Assembly (NCBI GenBank): GCA_046156035.1
Contig: JBJXEW010000016.1
Span: forward strand, 15,185-79,184
DNA: 64,000 nt
DNA from: Phycisphaerales bacterium
Lineage (GTDB): Bacteria > Planctomycetota > Phycisphaerae > Phycisphaerales > UBA1924
Direction: 5' to 3'
The position numbers and the translations under genes are program-made. The notes beneath the pieces were generated by a model. The model did not search any database. It was not told the origin of the DNA and saw only the letters and a program-made list of their open reading frames with translations. Of this stretch, positions 41,448-51,173 are shown piece after piece. How positions within the stretch are numbered: position 1 is the stretch's first letter; every line of letters starts with the position of its first letter.

Positions 41448-42718
41448 GCATCACACGCCCGAAGGGATTCGTCGCGGCGGGCGTGAAGGCCGGCATCAAG
41501 CCCAGCGGCAAGCCCGACCTTGCCCTCATCGTGCGCACCGCCCCCGACGGGCCCGGCGCGGCCTTCGCCGCAACCTTCACCACCAACGTGATCGTCGGGG
41601 CACCCATCGAGATCGCCCTCGGCCAACGGGCCGCGGCCCTTGCGGCCCGCGTGAATGCCAGCGGCGCAGTGCACGCGGTGAAGGCCTTCCTCATCAACGC
41701 GGGCAACTCCAACTCGGCCACGGGCCAGCAGGGCGTGCGTGATGCCCACGAGTGCATGGCCGCTCTGGCCACAGCCCTCAACTGCGAACGCGACCGCGTG
41801 ATGCCCAGTTCCACGGGCGTCATCGGCCGCCTGCTCCCCACCGCGAAAATCGTGGACGCGGTCCCGGCGCTCGTGCAGGCTTTGGCGAGCGGGCCGCAGG
41901 CCGATGCCAGCGCCGCGGCCGCCATCATGACCACCGACCTCGTTCCCAAGGCCGCGTTCGCAGAGGTCGTGATCGGCGGCGCCAAGGTGAGCATCGGCGC
42001 AATCGCCAAGGGCAGCGGCATGATCGCCCCACGCCTGGATTCCGCCAGCGGCCCGCCGCCCCCAAGCGCCACCATGCTCGCGTTCATCACCACCGATGCC
42101 GCGATTGATTCGCCCACGCTCCAGACCGCGCTCGACGCGGCTTGCGGCGCCAGTTTCAACCGCATCAGTGTGGACAACCACCCCTCGTGCAGCGACACCG
42201 CCGCCATCTTGTCCAGCGGCCTTGTCGGTCCACCTATCCGCGCCAGCACGCGAGAGTTTGCGGCCTTCGCCGCTGCGTTGCAGGCCCTGTGCGAAGACCT
42301 CGCCGAGCAGATCGTGACCGACGGAGAAGGCGCGACCCGCACGTTCCGCGTGGTGGTCGAGGGCGCGGCCACCGATGCCGATGCCGAGCGCATGGCCCGC
42401 GAAGTCGTGAACTCGCCGTTGGTCAAGTGCGCCATCCATGGCCGAGACCCCAACTGGGGCCGCATCGTCACGGCCGCGGGCAACGCCGGCGTGCGATTCG
42501 ATCCCTTGCAGGCATCGCTCGCCATCGGCCCCGTCGTCGTCTATCGCTCAGGGGTGCCACTGCCCGAGGCCCTCGTTGATCCGCGCCTGCCTGTGGCCAT
42601 GGCCAGCAAGCGTGTGGACTGCGTGCTGCGTGTCGGCACCGGCCCCGGCCGCGCATGGATGATCGGCTGCGACCTGAGCGCCCAGTACGTGAGCATCAAC
42701 GCGGACTACACGACGTAG
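41444..42718 (+). CDS. argJ: bifunctional glutamate N-acetyltransferase / amino-acid acetyltransferase ArgJ
   Basis: 424 aa. MSITRPKGFVAAGVKAGIKPSGKPDLALI, autoprocessing site PSATMLAFITTDAAI, C-terminal ...YVSINADYTT. The ATG overlaps the upstream stop (ATGA). Confidence 0.92.
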   Translation: MSITRPKGFVAAGVKAGIKPSGKPDLALIVRTAPDGPGAAFAATFTTNVIVGAPIEIALGQRAAALAARVNASGAVHAVKAFLINAGNSNSATGQQGVRDAHECMAALATALNCERDRVMPSSTGVIGRLLPTAKIVDAVPALVQALASGPQADASAAAAIMTTDLVPKAAFAEVVIGGAKVSIGAIAKGSGMIAPRLDSASGPPPPSATMLAFITTDAAIDSPTLQTALDAACGASFNRISVDNHPSCSDTAAILSSGLVGPPIRASTREFAAFAAALQALCEDLAEQIVTDGEGATRTFRVVVEGAATDADAERMAREVVNSPLVKCAIHGRDPNWGRIVTAAGNAGVRFDPLQASLAIGPVVVYRSGVPLPEALVDPRLPVAMASKRVDCVLRVGTGPGRAWMIGCDLSAQYVSINADYTT

Positions 42719-42719
42719 T

Positions 42720-42743
42720 GAAGGCACGAAGGGACGAAGGCAC
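42720..42743. repeat. Family B element (three octamers) 1 nt after the argJ stop
   Basis: The units are GAAGGCAC GAAGGGAC GAAGGCAC. The same GTGAAGGCACGAAGG string occurs at 8347. Confidence 0.8.
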
Positions 42744-42792
42744 AGGGGCCCGGAGAATGGCGCTGCCGCCCGCTGGTTCTACGATCCCGAGA

Positions 42793-44319
42793 ATGCCCGA
42801 CCGTGTCCGCATCACCGACGTCTCGCCGCGAGACGGCCTGCAGAACGAGGCCGGCGTGATCGCCACGGCGGACAAGGTCCGCCTGATCGAACTGCTCGCA
42901 CGGACGGGTGTGGATGAAATCGAAGCGACCAGTTTCGTCAGCCCCAAGTGGGTGCCGCAACTGGCGGACGCGGCTGAGGTGGTGAGGGGGCTGGCGGCAC
43001 TTGTACGCGGCGGCCCTTACTCCCCCTCCCAGAGGGAGGGGGCAGGGGGGTGGGCAGACAGGCATCAGGAACCCTCTGGGGGTCAGGCACCTGCCTCGCT
43101 CGATCCCCCACCACGCTGGCAACCTCCACTCAAGAAGCAGACCACGCTTGGGCAAGCCAAGGCGCTCCGCCGCGCCGCGACAGGCCCCGAGAAGGCGCTC
43201 TGGGAGGTGCTCCGGCAACGCGAGTGGATGGGCGCAAAGTTCAGACGACAGCATCCATTTGGCCCTTTCATCCTCGATTTTTTCTGCCAGGACAAACTCC
43301 TTGCCGTGGAGGTTGACGGCCAGACACATCGAGGTGCCATCCGAAAGAGTGAAGATGCGCAGCGCGACCTGTTCATCCGGTCATGGGGCGTCGAGGTTTT
43401 GCGGTTCACGAACAACGATGTCCTGGGTTCGCCCAGCGGCGTAGCGGCCAGAATCCGCGATGTCCTGCGCGTGCGACCCTCGCTGGGTACCACCAAGCCC
43501 CTGCCGCCCACCCCCCACCCCCTCCCTCTGGGAGGGGGCTTCGATCCATCAGCCCATCTGCATGGCCCTCCAATCCCCCTCCTCTCCGCCCTCGTCCCCA
43601 ACGAGCGAGGCCTGGACACCTGCCTCGCCGCCAACGCCGCGGCTGGCGGCCCGCTCCTCGGCAAAGTCTCCGTCTTCACCGCCGCGTCCGAGACTTTCTC
43701 CCGCAAGAACACCAACGCATCCATCGCTGAGACCATCGAGCGTTTCAAGCCCGTCATCAGCCGCGCCCACGAAGCCGCCCTGCTCGTGCGCGGCTACCTC
43801 TCCTGCATCATCCGCTGCCCCTTCGAGGGCGACATCGCCCCCGGCGCGGTCGCCGAGTGCAGCGGCCGCCTCCTCGAACTGGGCGTGGATGAACTCGACC
43901 TGGGCGACACCATCGGCGCGGGCACACCCGAAACCGTGCGGGTGATGCTCGACGCGGTGAGCCGCGTCTGCCCGCTCAACGGCTCGCGCGTGCCCCTCAC
44001 GCTGCACCTGCACGACACGTTCGGCCAAGCCGCGGCGTGCGTGCTTGCCGCGCTCGATATGGGCGTGCGTTCCTTCGACGGCTCCGCTGCGGGCCTCGGC
44101 GGGTGCCCCTACGCCAGCACCACGAAGCCCGACGGCACGGTGCAGCGCGCCCCCGGCAACATCAGCACCGAGTTGCTCGTGCGCACCATTCACTCCGCCG
44201 GCTACACCACCGGCGTGGACCTCGCCGCGCTCGACGAGGCCGCCGCATTCGCACGCCAGATCGTGGCCACGGCCCGCGCCGCCGCTCGGCCCGGGCCTGC
44301 TACCGGAGGTCCCGCATGA
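42793..44319 (+). CDS. hydroxymethylglutaryl-CoA lyase interrupted in-frame by a DUF559 endonuclease-domain cassette
   Basis: MPDRVRITDVSPRDGLQNE...FVSPKWVPQLADAAEVVRGL, then a ~180-codon insert, then LLSALVPNERGL...VFTAASETFSRKNTN...VRGYLSCIIRCPFEG...DTIGAGTPE...HLHDTFGQA...GLGGCPYA. It is a single open frame. Alternative start ATG 42757. Confidence 0.85.
   Translation: MPDRVRITDVSPRDGLQNEAGVIATADKVRLIELLARTGVDEIEATSFVSPKWVPQLADAAEVVRGLAALVRGGPYSPSQREGAGGWADRHQEPSGGQAPASLDPPPRWQPPLKKQTTLGQAKALRRAATGPEKALWEVLRQREWMGAKFRRQHPFGPFILDFFCQDKLLAVEVDGQTHRGAIRKSEDAQRDLFIRSWGVEVLRFTNNDVLGSPSGVAARIRDVLRVRPSLGTTKPLPPTPHPLPLGGGFDPSAHLHGPPIPLLSALVPNERGLDTCLAANAAAGGPLLGKVSVFTAASETFSRKNTNASIAETIERFKPVISRAHEAALLVRGYLSCIIRCPFEGDIAPGAVAECSGRLLELGVDELDLGDTIGAGTPETVRVMLDAVSRVCPLNGSRVPLTLHLHDTFGQAAACVLAALDMGVRSFDGSAAGLGGCPYASTTKPDGTVQRAPGNISTELLVRTIHSAGYTTGVDLAALDEAAAFARQIVATARAAARPGPATGGPA
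43021..43538 (+). mobile_element. DUF559 (Vsr-like endonuclease fold) cassette bounded by ~37-bp imperfect inverted repeats
   Basis: The arms are 43021-43057 TCCCCCTCCCAGAGGGAGGGGGCAGGGGGGTGGGCAG and 43501-43538 CTGCCGCCCACCCCCCACCCCCTCCCTCTGGGAGGGGG. The interior encodes ALRRAATGPEKALWEVLRQREWMGAKFRRQHPFGPFILDFFCQDKLLAVEVDGQTH...LFIRSWGVEVLRFTNNDVL. Exact ends are uncertain by a few nt. Confidence 0.7.
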
Positions 44320-45062
44320 TCATGGCGGGCGGCATCGCCACCATCACGCTCGACCGGCCCGAGCGGCGCAACGCGCTCACCCCCGACATCCTCGTCGCCC
44401 TATGCCGCGAGATCGGCCACGTGCGCACGCTGGCCGGGCCTGGCGACGACGAATGCCGCGTACTGCTGCTGCGCGGCTCGGGCAAGGTCTTCTGCTCCGG
44501 CTTCGATCTTGACCTCTGCCGCGACCATCCCGGCGGCTCGGTCATGCGGGCCCTGCTCAGCGGCCTCGCGGCCGCGGTCGCCTCCCTGCGTTCGTGTGAT
44601 GTGCCCGTCGTCGTAGCCGCGCAGGGAGCCGCGATTGCCGGCGGGTGTGCCCTGCTCGGCGGCGCAGACTTTGTCGTGGCCGACACGAATGCCAAGTTCG
44701 GTTATCCCGTGGTCAGGCTCGGTGTCTCCCCCGCGGTCTCCATTCCGTTTCTCCGCCACGCCATCGGCGACGGCCCGGCCCGCGCACGCACGCTCGACAC
44801 GGCCCTGATGGACGGGGCCGCCGCGCACGCACTGGGCCTGGTCTCCGACCTTGTGAGCACGCCCGATCAAGTGCTCCCCGCGGCCCAAGCCATTGCGGCC
44901 CTGTTGGCCGCCAAGCCTCGCCTCGGGCTGACCGCAACCCGCCTCTGGCTGGATGAACTCGCCCTCACCGATGCCAAGCGCGGCCTCGCCGCGTCGCTCG
45001 CCCTCACCGGCGGCGAAGAAGAACGCCGCCTGCTCCCCCAAGTCTGGAGTACACGCCCGTGA
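44316..45062 (+). CDS. enoyl-CoA hydratase/isomerase (crotonase) family protein
   Basis: The ATG overlaps the lyase stop (ATGA). IATITLDRPERRNAL, GKVFCSGFDL, AAQGAAIAGGCALLGGADF. Confidence 0.85.
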   Translation: MIMAGGIATITLDRPERRNALTPDILVALCREIGHVRTLAGPGDDECRVLLLRGSGKVFCSGFDLDLCRDHPGGSVMRALLSGLAAAVASLRSCDVPVVVAAQGAAIAGGCALLGGADFVVADTNAKFGYPVVRLGVSPAVSIPFLRHAIGDGPARARTLDTALMDGAAAHALGLVSDLVSTPDQVLPAAQAIAALLAAKPRLGLTATRLWLDELALTDAKRGLAASLALTGGEEERRLLPQVWSTRP

Positions 45063-45823
45063 CCGACCTTGCCACCCTCACACTCGATGGCTCCGTCGCC
45101 ACGCTCTCGCTGAACCGGCCCGACGCACGCAACGCGCTCTCGCTCGACCTGCTCGCCGCCCTCCACGCGCGGCTGGACGACCTGGCCCGCGCACCCATTC
45201 CCCCCACAGTCCTCACGGTCACCGGCACCGGCAAGTCCTTCTGCGCCGGCATGGACCTCAAGGCCGTGCTCGGCGACAACGCCACCGCCCAGCGCCTGCT
45301 CATGTCCCTCGCGGATTTCACGCTCCGCCTCCGGGCCCTGCCCTGCGTCACCCTCGCCAAGGTCAACGGCGCGGCGATCGGCGGGGGCTGCGGCCTCGCC
45401 ACCGTTTGCGACCTCGCCATCACCCACGCCGACAGCAAGATGGGGTTCCCGGAGGTTGATCTGGGCGTCTGCCCCGCCGTGGTGGCCCCGTGGCTGGTGC
45501 GCAAGGTCGGTGGCGGCCGCGCCCGTGCCATCCTGCTCCGCGGCGGCCTCATGTCCGGCCAACACGCCCTGGCGTGCGGAATCGTGAACGAGTGCGTCCC
45601 CACACGCGACGAACTCGATGCCGCTGCGGCCGCAATCGCCACACGCCTGGCCCAGGGCGGCCCCGCCGCGCTGCGGGCGACCAAGGCCCTGCTCAACGAA
45701 CTCGACGGCTCGAATGACGCGGCACTGGTCCGCCGCGGGGCCGAACTCTCGGCCCAGGTGCTGGCCACGCCCGAGGCGCAGGCAACGCTTAGAGCGAAAC
45801 TGGCCGGGCCGCCCGGCGGCTGA
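45059..45823 (+). CDS. enoyl-CoA hydratase/isomerase (crotonase) family protein
   Basis: The GTG start overlaps the previous stop (GTGA). VATLSLNRPDARNAL, GKSFCAGMDL, KVNGAAIGGGCGLATVCDL. Confidence 0.85.
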   Translation: MTDLATLTLDGSVATLSLNRPDARNALSLDLLAALHARLDDLARAPIPPTVLTVTGTGKSFCAGMDLKAVLGDNATAQRLLMSLADFTLRLRALPCVTLAKVNGAAIGGGCGLATVCDLAITHADSKMGFPEVDLGVCPAVVAPWLVRKVGGGRARAILLRGGLMSGQHALACGIVNECVPTRDELDAAAAAIATRLAQGGPAALRATKALLNELDGSNDAALVRRGAELSAQVLATPEAQATLRAKLAGPPGG

Positions 45824-46505
45824 GTTTCATCACCACCAGCATGGGCCATCCCGCGTGGTTCCCCGCTCGCGGCGCGATGCGGATCAACTCGTCATCCACC
45901 GCGTGCTCGCTCAGGTGCTCGATCGTGAGGCCCGCGGCCACCGCGCCCATGACATAGTCGCTCAGTTGGTTGGGCACGCTGGCCGGCATGGTCTTCACGC
46001 CCGTTGCCGGGTCCGTGAACCGCGCCTGCACACCCCTCAGCATCATAGCCGGGTGCATGATCGTGGCCACCACGAAGCCGCCCGCGTTGGCGGGCTTGGC
46101 GATCCGCCCCAGTTCGCCCATGAGGCCGGGCAGGTCTTTCACGTGGTCAAACACGAGCGCGCAGATCACCCGGTGGAACGAGCCGCCCTCCAGCGGCAGC
46201 GGTTTGGTCAGGTCATGCTCGATCCATCGCACTCGCTCCGCGCCCACCTTGGCCCGCGCGGCCGTGAGCATGCCCGATGAAAAATCAACCGCCACCACTT
46301 CCGCGCCGGCCGCCGCGTGGCGGAGCGCGTGCCGGCCGGTGCCGCAGCCGATGTCGGCCACGCGCAGGCCCCGCACATCGCCCATGAGGGGCAGCGCCAC
46401 CCGCTCCTCCAGCGCCACCAGCGGGTTGCCATCGGTGTCATAAGTGCCGGCCCAGCGGTCGTAGCCCGCCTGTGTCGAGAGGTGTTGAACGGAATCCGTG
46501 GCCAT
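45789..46505 (-). CDS. class I SAM-dependent methyltransferase
   Basis: ATG 46505. Motif I is VADIGCGTGRHAL, followed by VVAVDFSSGML. The 3' end overlaps the convergent crotonase gene by 35 nt. Confidence 0.85.
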   Translation of the reverse strand: MATDSVQHLSTQAGYDRWAGTYDTDGNPLVALEERVALPLMGDVRGLRVADIGCGTGRHALRHAAAGAEVVAVDFSSGMLTAARAKVGAERVRWIEHDLTKPLPLEGGSFHRVICALVFDHVKDLPGLMGELGRIAKPANAGGFVVATIMHPAMMLRGVQARFTDPATGVKTMPASVPNQLSDYVMGAVAAGLTIEHLSEHAVDDELIRIAPRAGNHAGWPMLVVMKLSRRAARPVSL

Positions 46506-46710
46506 GTCCGGCGAGTCTACACGCACAGCCCCCGCATGAACTTTGACTCATGCGCCAAGCGAACCCGCCCTCGGCCCGATTTCAAGCACTTTCTGCCGGT
46601 GGTCCGATACCTGACTCAGCGGCCGTTCGGCACGCTCGCCGACCGCGTCATTCGGCACCCGGCTGCCCAAGCCGGCCCCCGTCCGACCCCTTCGACCACG
46701 GAGCACCGAC

Positions 46711-48144
46711 GTGCGGACCATTGCCATCATCAATCAGAAGGGCGGCTGCGGCAAGACCACCACGGCCATCAACCTCGCGGGCGTCTTCAGCCGCTCAGGT
46801 CTGCGCACGCTGCTGGTAGACCTTGACCCGCAAAGCCACTGCGCCGCGGGCCTGGCCATCCCCGAGCAGCGCATCGACGTCCACATCGGCGACGCGATGC
46901 TCACCAAGGATGAAGACTCCATCGACTGGATGCGCCTCCTGTGGCGCATCAGCCGCAACCTCGACCTCGCACCCAGCACCGTCCGCCTGGCGGGCCTCGA
47001 ATCCGCCCGCGGCGGGCTGGCCGCCCTCGACCGCAGCCACCAGCGCCTCACCAGCGTCGTCTCCCGTCTCGCCGACCAGTACGACATTTGCCTCATCGAC
47101 TGCCCCCCCGCCATCGGGCTGCTCACCTACAACGCCCTCGTGGCCGCAAGCGAGGTGCTCGTGCCGGTCGAGACTGCCTTCTTCGCTCTTCAAGGGGCTG
47201 GCAAGCAGATCAGCACGATCAAGGCGCTCGCCAAACGCTTGGGCGTCGCGGCCCCACACCGCCTGCTCGCCACCATGCACCACGAGGCCAACCCCCTCGC
47301 GTGCGACCTGCTCGGCGAGTTGAACCGCCGCTTCGAGGGGCATGTGTCGCCGGTGGTCATCCGCTACGACACCCACCTGCGCGAGGCCGTGAGTTTCGGC
47401 CAGCCAGTCGTTGAATACGCGCCGCATTCGGCCGGCGCGCAAGACTACACGGCCCTGGGCCGCTGGCTCATCGAGAACCCCGTCGGTCGCACCACCATTC
47501 CCGAGGGTGCCCCCATTTCCGAGAGCGCCCCGGCCGACCCCTCACCGGTGGTCGTGTTGCAGCGTGTACCCGCACCAGCCCCCCACGGCCCAACCCCCGC
47601 TCTGGAGCCCGCGCCGGTGATCCCGCCTCTGGCCGCCACCTCCTTGCTCACGTCGGCAGAGGAGCCCGTCCTCAGCCGCGCCGCCGACCTTGCCGCGCGG
47701 GCTCAGCGACTGCTCGCTCGCACGAGCGTGCTGCAGGAGCCGTCGCCGCGGGCGATGTCGCTCAACGAGTTTTCAAAGCAGCGCGCCACCGCCCGCGCCG
47801 GTCGCGAAACCGGTCAATCGCTCATGGGGGTTCGGCACACCTCGCAGGGCGTGCTCTTCGTGCAGCCACTCTCGGCCGGCAAGGTGCTGGCTATCGCCGG
47901 AGACTTCAACCGCTGGTCGCCCGAGGCCACGCCCATGCGTCTGAACCCGGCGCTGGGCGTGTACGAGGCTGTTGTGCCACTTCCGCCGGGCCGCTTCCAA
48001 TACCGCATCGTGGCCGACGGCCTCTGGATCACCGACGTCTACAACCCCGACCTCGAGCCCAACCCCTTCGGCGAAGCCAACAGCGTGATCGACGTCACCA
48101 GCGAGCACGCGGCCACCCAAACACCCGCCACGTCCGCGGCCTGA
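46711..48144 (+). CDS. ParA/Soj-family ATPase fused to a C-terminal CBM48 / AMPK-beta-type glycogen-binding domain
   Basis: GTG 46711 (GGAGCACC upstream). Deviant Walker A is IINQKGGCGKTTTAINLA, then VDLDPQ, and Walker B is YDICLIDCPP. A ~130-aa Pro/Ala-rich linker follows. The C-terminus VLAIAGDFNRWSPEATPMRLNPALGVYEAVVPLPPGRFQYRIVADGLWITDVYNP matches the GDFNNW...G.Y.YKF.VDG.W pattern. Confidence 0.85.
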   Translation: MRTIAIINQKGGCGKTTTAINLAGVFSRSGLRTLLVDLDPQSHCAAGLAIPEQRIDVHIGDAMLTKDEDSIDWMRLLWRISRNLDLAPSTVRLAGLESARGGLAALDRSHQRLTSVVSRLADQYDICLIDCPPAIGLLTYNALVAASEVLVPVETAFFALQGAGKQISTIKALAKRLGVAAPHRLLATMHHEANPLACDLLGELNRRFEGHVSPVVIRYDTHLREAVSFGQPVVEYAPHSAGAQDYTALGRWLIENPVGRTTIPEGAPISESAPADPSPVVVLQRVPAPAPHGPTPALEPAPVIPPLAATSLLTSAEEPVLSRAADLAARAQRLLARTSVLQEPSPRAMSLNEFSKQRATARAGRETGQSLMGVRHTSQGVLFVQPLSAGKVLAIAGDFNRWSPEATPMRLNPALGVYEAVVPLPPGRFQYRIVADGLWITDVYNPDLEPNPFGEANSVIDVTSEHAATQTPATSAA

Positions 48145-48182
48145 ATGGTCCCCAGTTCACGCAGGAAGAGGAGCGTTGGCCG

Positions 48183-49631
48183 ATGATCGCCGATCCGGGC
48201 CACATCCGATCTCAGCACGAAGCCGCGTACGAGGCGCTGGCCGATTTGTTCCTGGGCGAACTCTCGCAGGTCGCCGCCCACGACGCCGCGCTGGGTGTGA
48301 AACCATCGCACGAGCGCCGCACACACGCCGCGGTCGGCACGCACCCCCACCTGCACCTGGTGACCGCCGAGCCGGCCGACCGACCCGAGGCGTTCGATGC
48401 GCCCACCGGTCCCGGTTCATCGCTCGCGCCCATGCAGATCGAGGCCCTTGTGCTCGGCCACCTGCCGGTCATCGCGGGGGCATGGGCCGGGCAGTACGTG
48501 CGGCACGTGGCCCAGCGCTCCACCCGCCCCGTGGCCCTGGTTCGCCTGTGCGGAGCGAGCATCCGCATCGAGTTGCATGACGCGGGCGCCCCCACCGACT
48601 CCAGGCCGCAGACCTTTGTTGCTGCGGGAAGCCTGACGGATGCGGTTGCTGTGCTGTGCCGGCAGCGCACCCACGTGGTCCTGCACGTCGACCCGCACGA
48701 GGAAGCCCCCCTGGCCGCCGCATGCGCGGCCGCCTCCACGCACGGCATGGGCATCGTCACCATGCTCACCAGCGCCGACGATGCGGGCATCGTGGGTGCC
48801 TATCAGACCATCACCCGGCTCTCACGCGGCATCGAAGCGGGGCAGGGGCTGCACGACACCGCAACACTCAACGTGGTCATCATGGGGGCACCGGAGGCCC
48901 GGGCCCAGTATGTCTGGCGACGCTTGCAAGAAGCCACTGAAACCTTCCTGGGCATCGAGATCTCACTCGCGGCGTGCATCAAGCGAATCGGGTCGGGCCC
49001 TCCGGGCAGGGTCGTGTACGAAGGTCCGTTCACCGCCGGGGCCGTAGCGGTGACTTCATTGCTCACCACCGCGCCAACGACGGAGCCGGCCGCCGCGGCG
49101 GTGCCGCAGGCGCTCACGCTTCCCGCTGGCGCCAAGGCTCTCGTCACACCCGATGCCCGCATCGTTGAAGCGCCGGCCGCGCCCCAGCCTGCATCACAGG
49201 CCGGCGCCGTCGGACCGCGCGCGGACAGCGGTTCGGTGCCCACGGGGCCGTCTGCACTGGCCGCGTGCCTGCCGGGCCTCACGATCCTGCGGGCCCGCTG
49301 CCCGCACGCCGAGGATGTGGAACTCGCGGTGGATGCGGAGGGCCTGCTGCACCTCCTCGCACGCTACCGCACCGATGAGCCCGATCATCGCGTGGTCGAA
49401 CGCCTCCACGCCGCTGCGTGCTGGGCTCGCGTGCACGCCAAGGTGCTCTCCCTCACGTTGCCCGGTGAGGGGGCGGGCACCACGCTCGATGCCGCGTCGC
49501 CCACGCGCCACCTGTTTACAGACCGGCCCGCCGAGCACCGCGCCCTGTTCGACAGCGACGTCAGAATGCACCTGCTGGTGGCTGTGCCACGCGAGCACGC
49601 ATCGCCGTGGGTGTGCGCGGCCGTGAACTAG
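48183..49631 (+). CDS. hypothetical protein (482 aa), possibly a P-loop-less ParA/MinD-like fold
   Basis: ATG 48183 with GAGGAG 9 nt upstream, 39 nt after the ParA-CBM48 gene. The strand/helix pattern IEALVLGHLPVIAGAWAGQYVRHVA ... THVVLHVDP ... GIVTMLTSADDAGIVGAYQTITRL ... LNVVIMG resembles a degenerate ParA-type ATPase core without a Walker A lysine. Confidence 0.6.
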   Translation: MIADPGHIRSQHEAAYEALADLFLGELSQVAAHDAALGVKPSHERRTHAAVGTHPHLHLVTAEPADRPEAFDAPTGPGSSLAPMQIEALVLGHLPVIAGAWAGQYVRHVAQRSTRPVALVRLCGASIRIELHDAGAPTDSRPQTFVAAGSLTDAVAVLCRQRTHVVLHVDPHEEAPLAAACAAASTHGMGIVTMLTSADDAGIVGAYQTITRLSRGIEAGQGLHDTATLNVVIMGAPEARAQYVWRRLQEATETFLGIEISLAACIKRIGSGPPGRVVYEGPFTAGAVAVTSLLTTAPTTEPAAAAVPQALTLPAGAKALVTPDARIVEAPAAPQPASQAGAVGPRADSGSVPTGPSALAACLPGLTILRARCPHAEDVELAVDAEGLLHLLARYRTDEPDHRVVERLHAAACWARVHAKVLSLTLPGEGAGTTLDAASPTRHLFTDRPAEHRALFDSDVRMHLLVAVPREHASPWVCAAVN

Positions 49632-49683
49632 GCCCCGCCGCGAACCTTGCCAAAGCCGCTCAGAGCATTTGTACCGCGCCGTC

Positions 49684-50991
<1,308 letters not shown>

Positions 50992-51173
50992 CCCGTTGGG
51001 CGAAGGGTCCGCCCGTGCCAGCCTACGCGTGCGCAAGATCGAACCCACGGTTCGCGCTGCGGACGCTCAGTGTATCGACGCGCGGACGTTCCCGCTCCAC
51101 TCTCCCGTAACTTCCCGCCTCGAACGCGGGTTTCGCCCGACACGCTCACACACGCGAGCGGTGCGACAAGACG

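Noticed and set aside
43001-43560. Intein interpretation of the in-frame insert in HMG-CoA lyase
   Set aside because: There is no Cys/Ser/Thr at the putative N-junction and no His-Asn plus nucleophile at the C-junction. There are no Hint-domain blocks. The insert is a DUF559/Vsr-like fold flanked by DNA inverted repeats, which indicates DNA-level rather than protein-level mobility.
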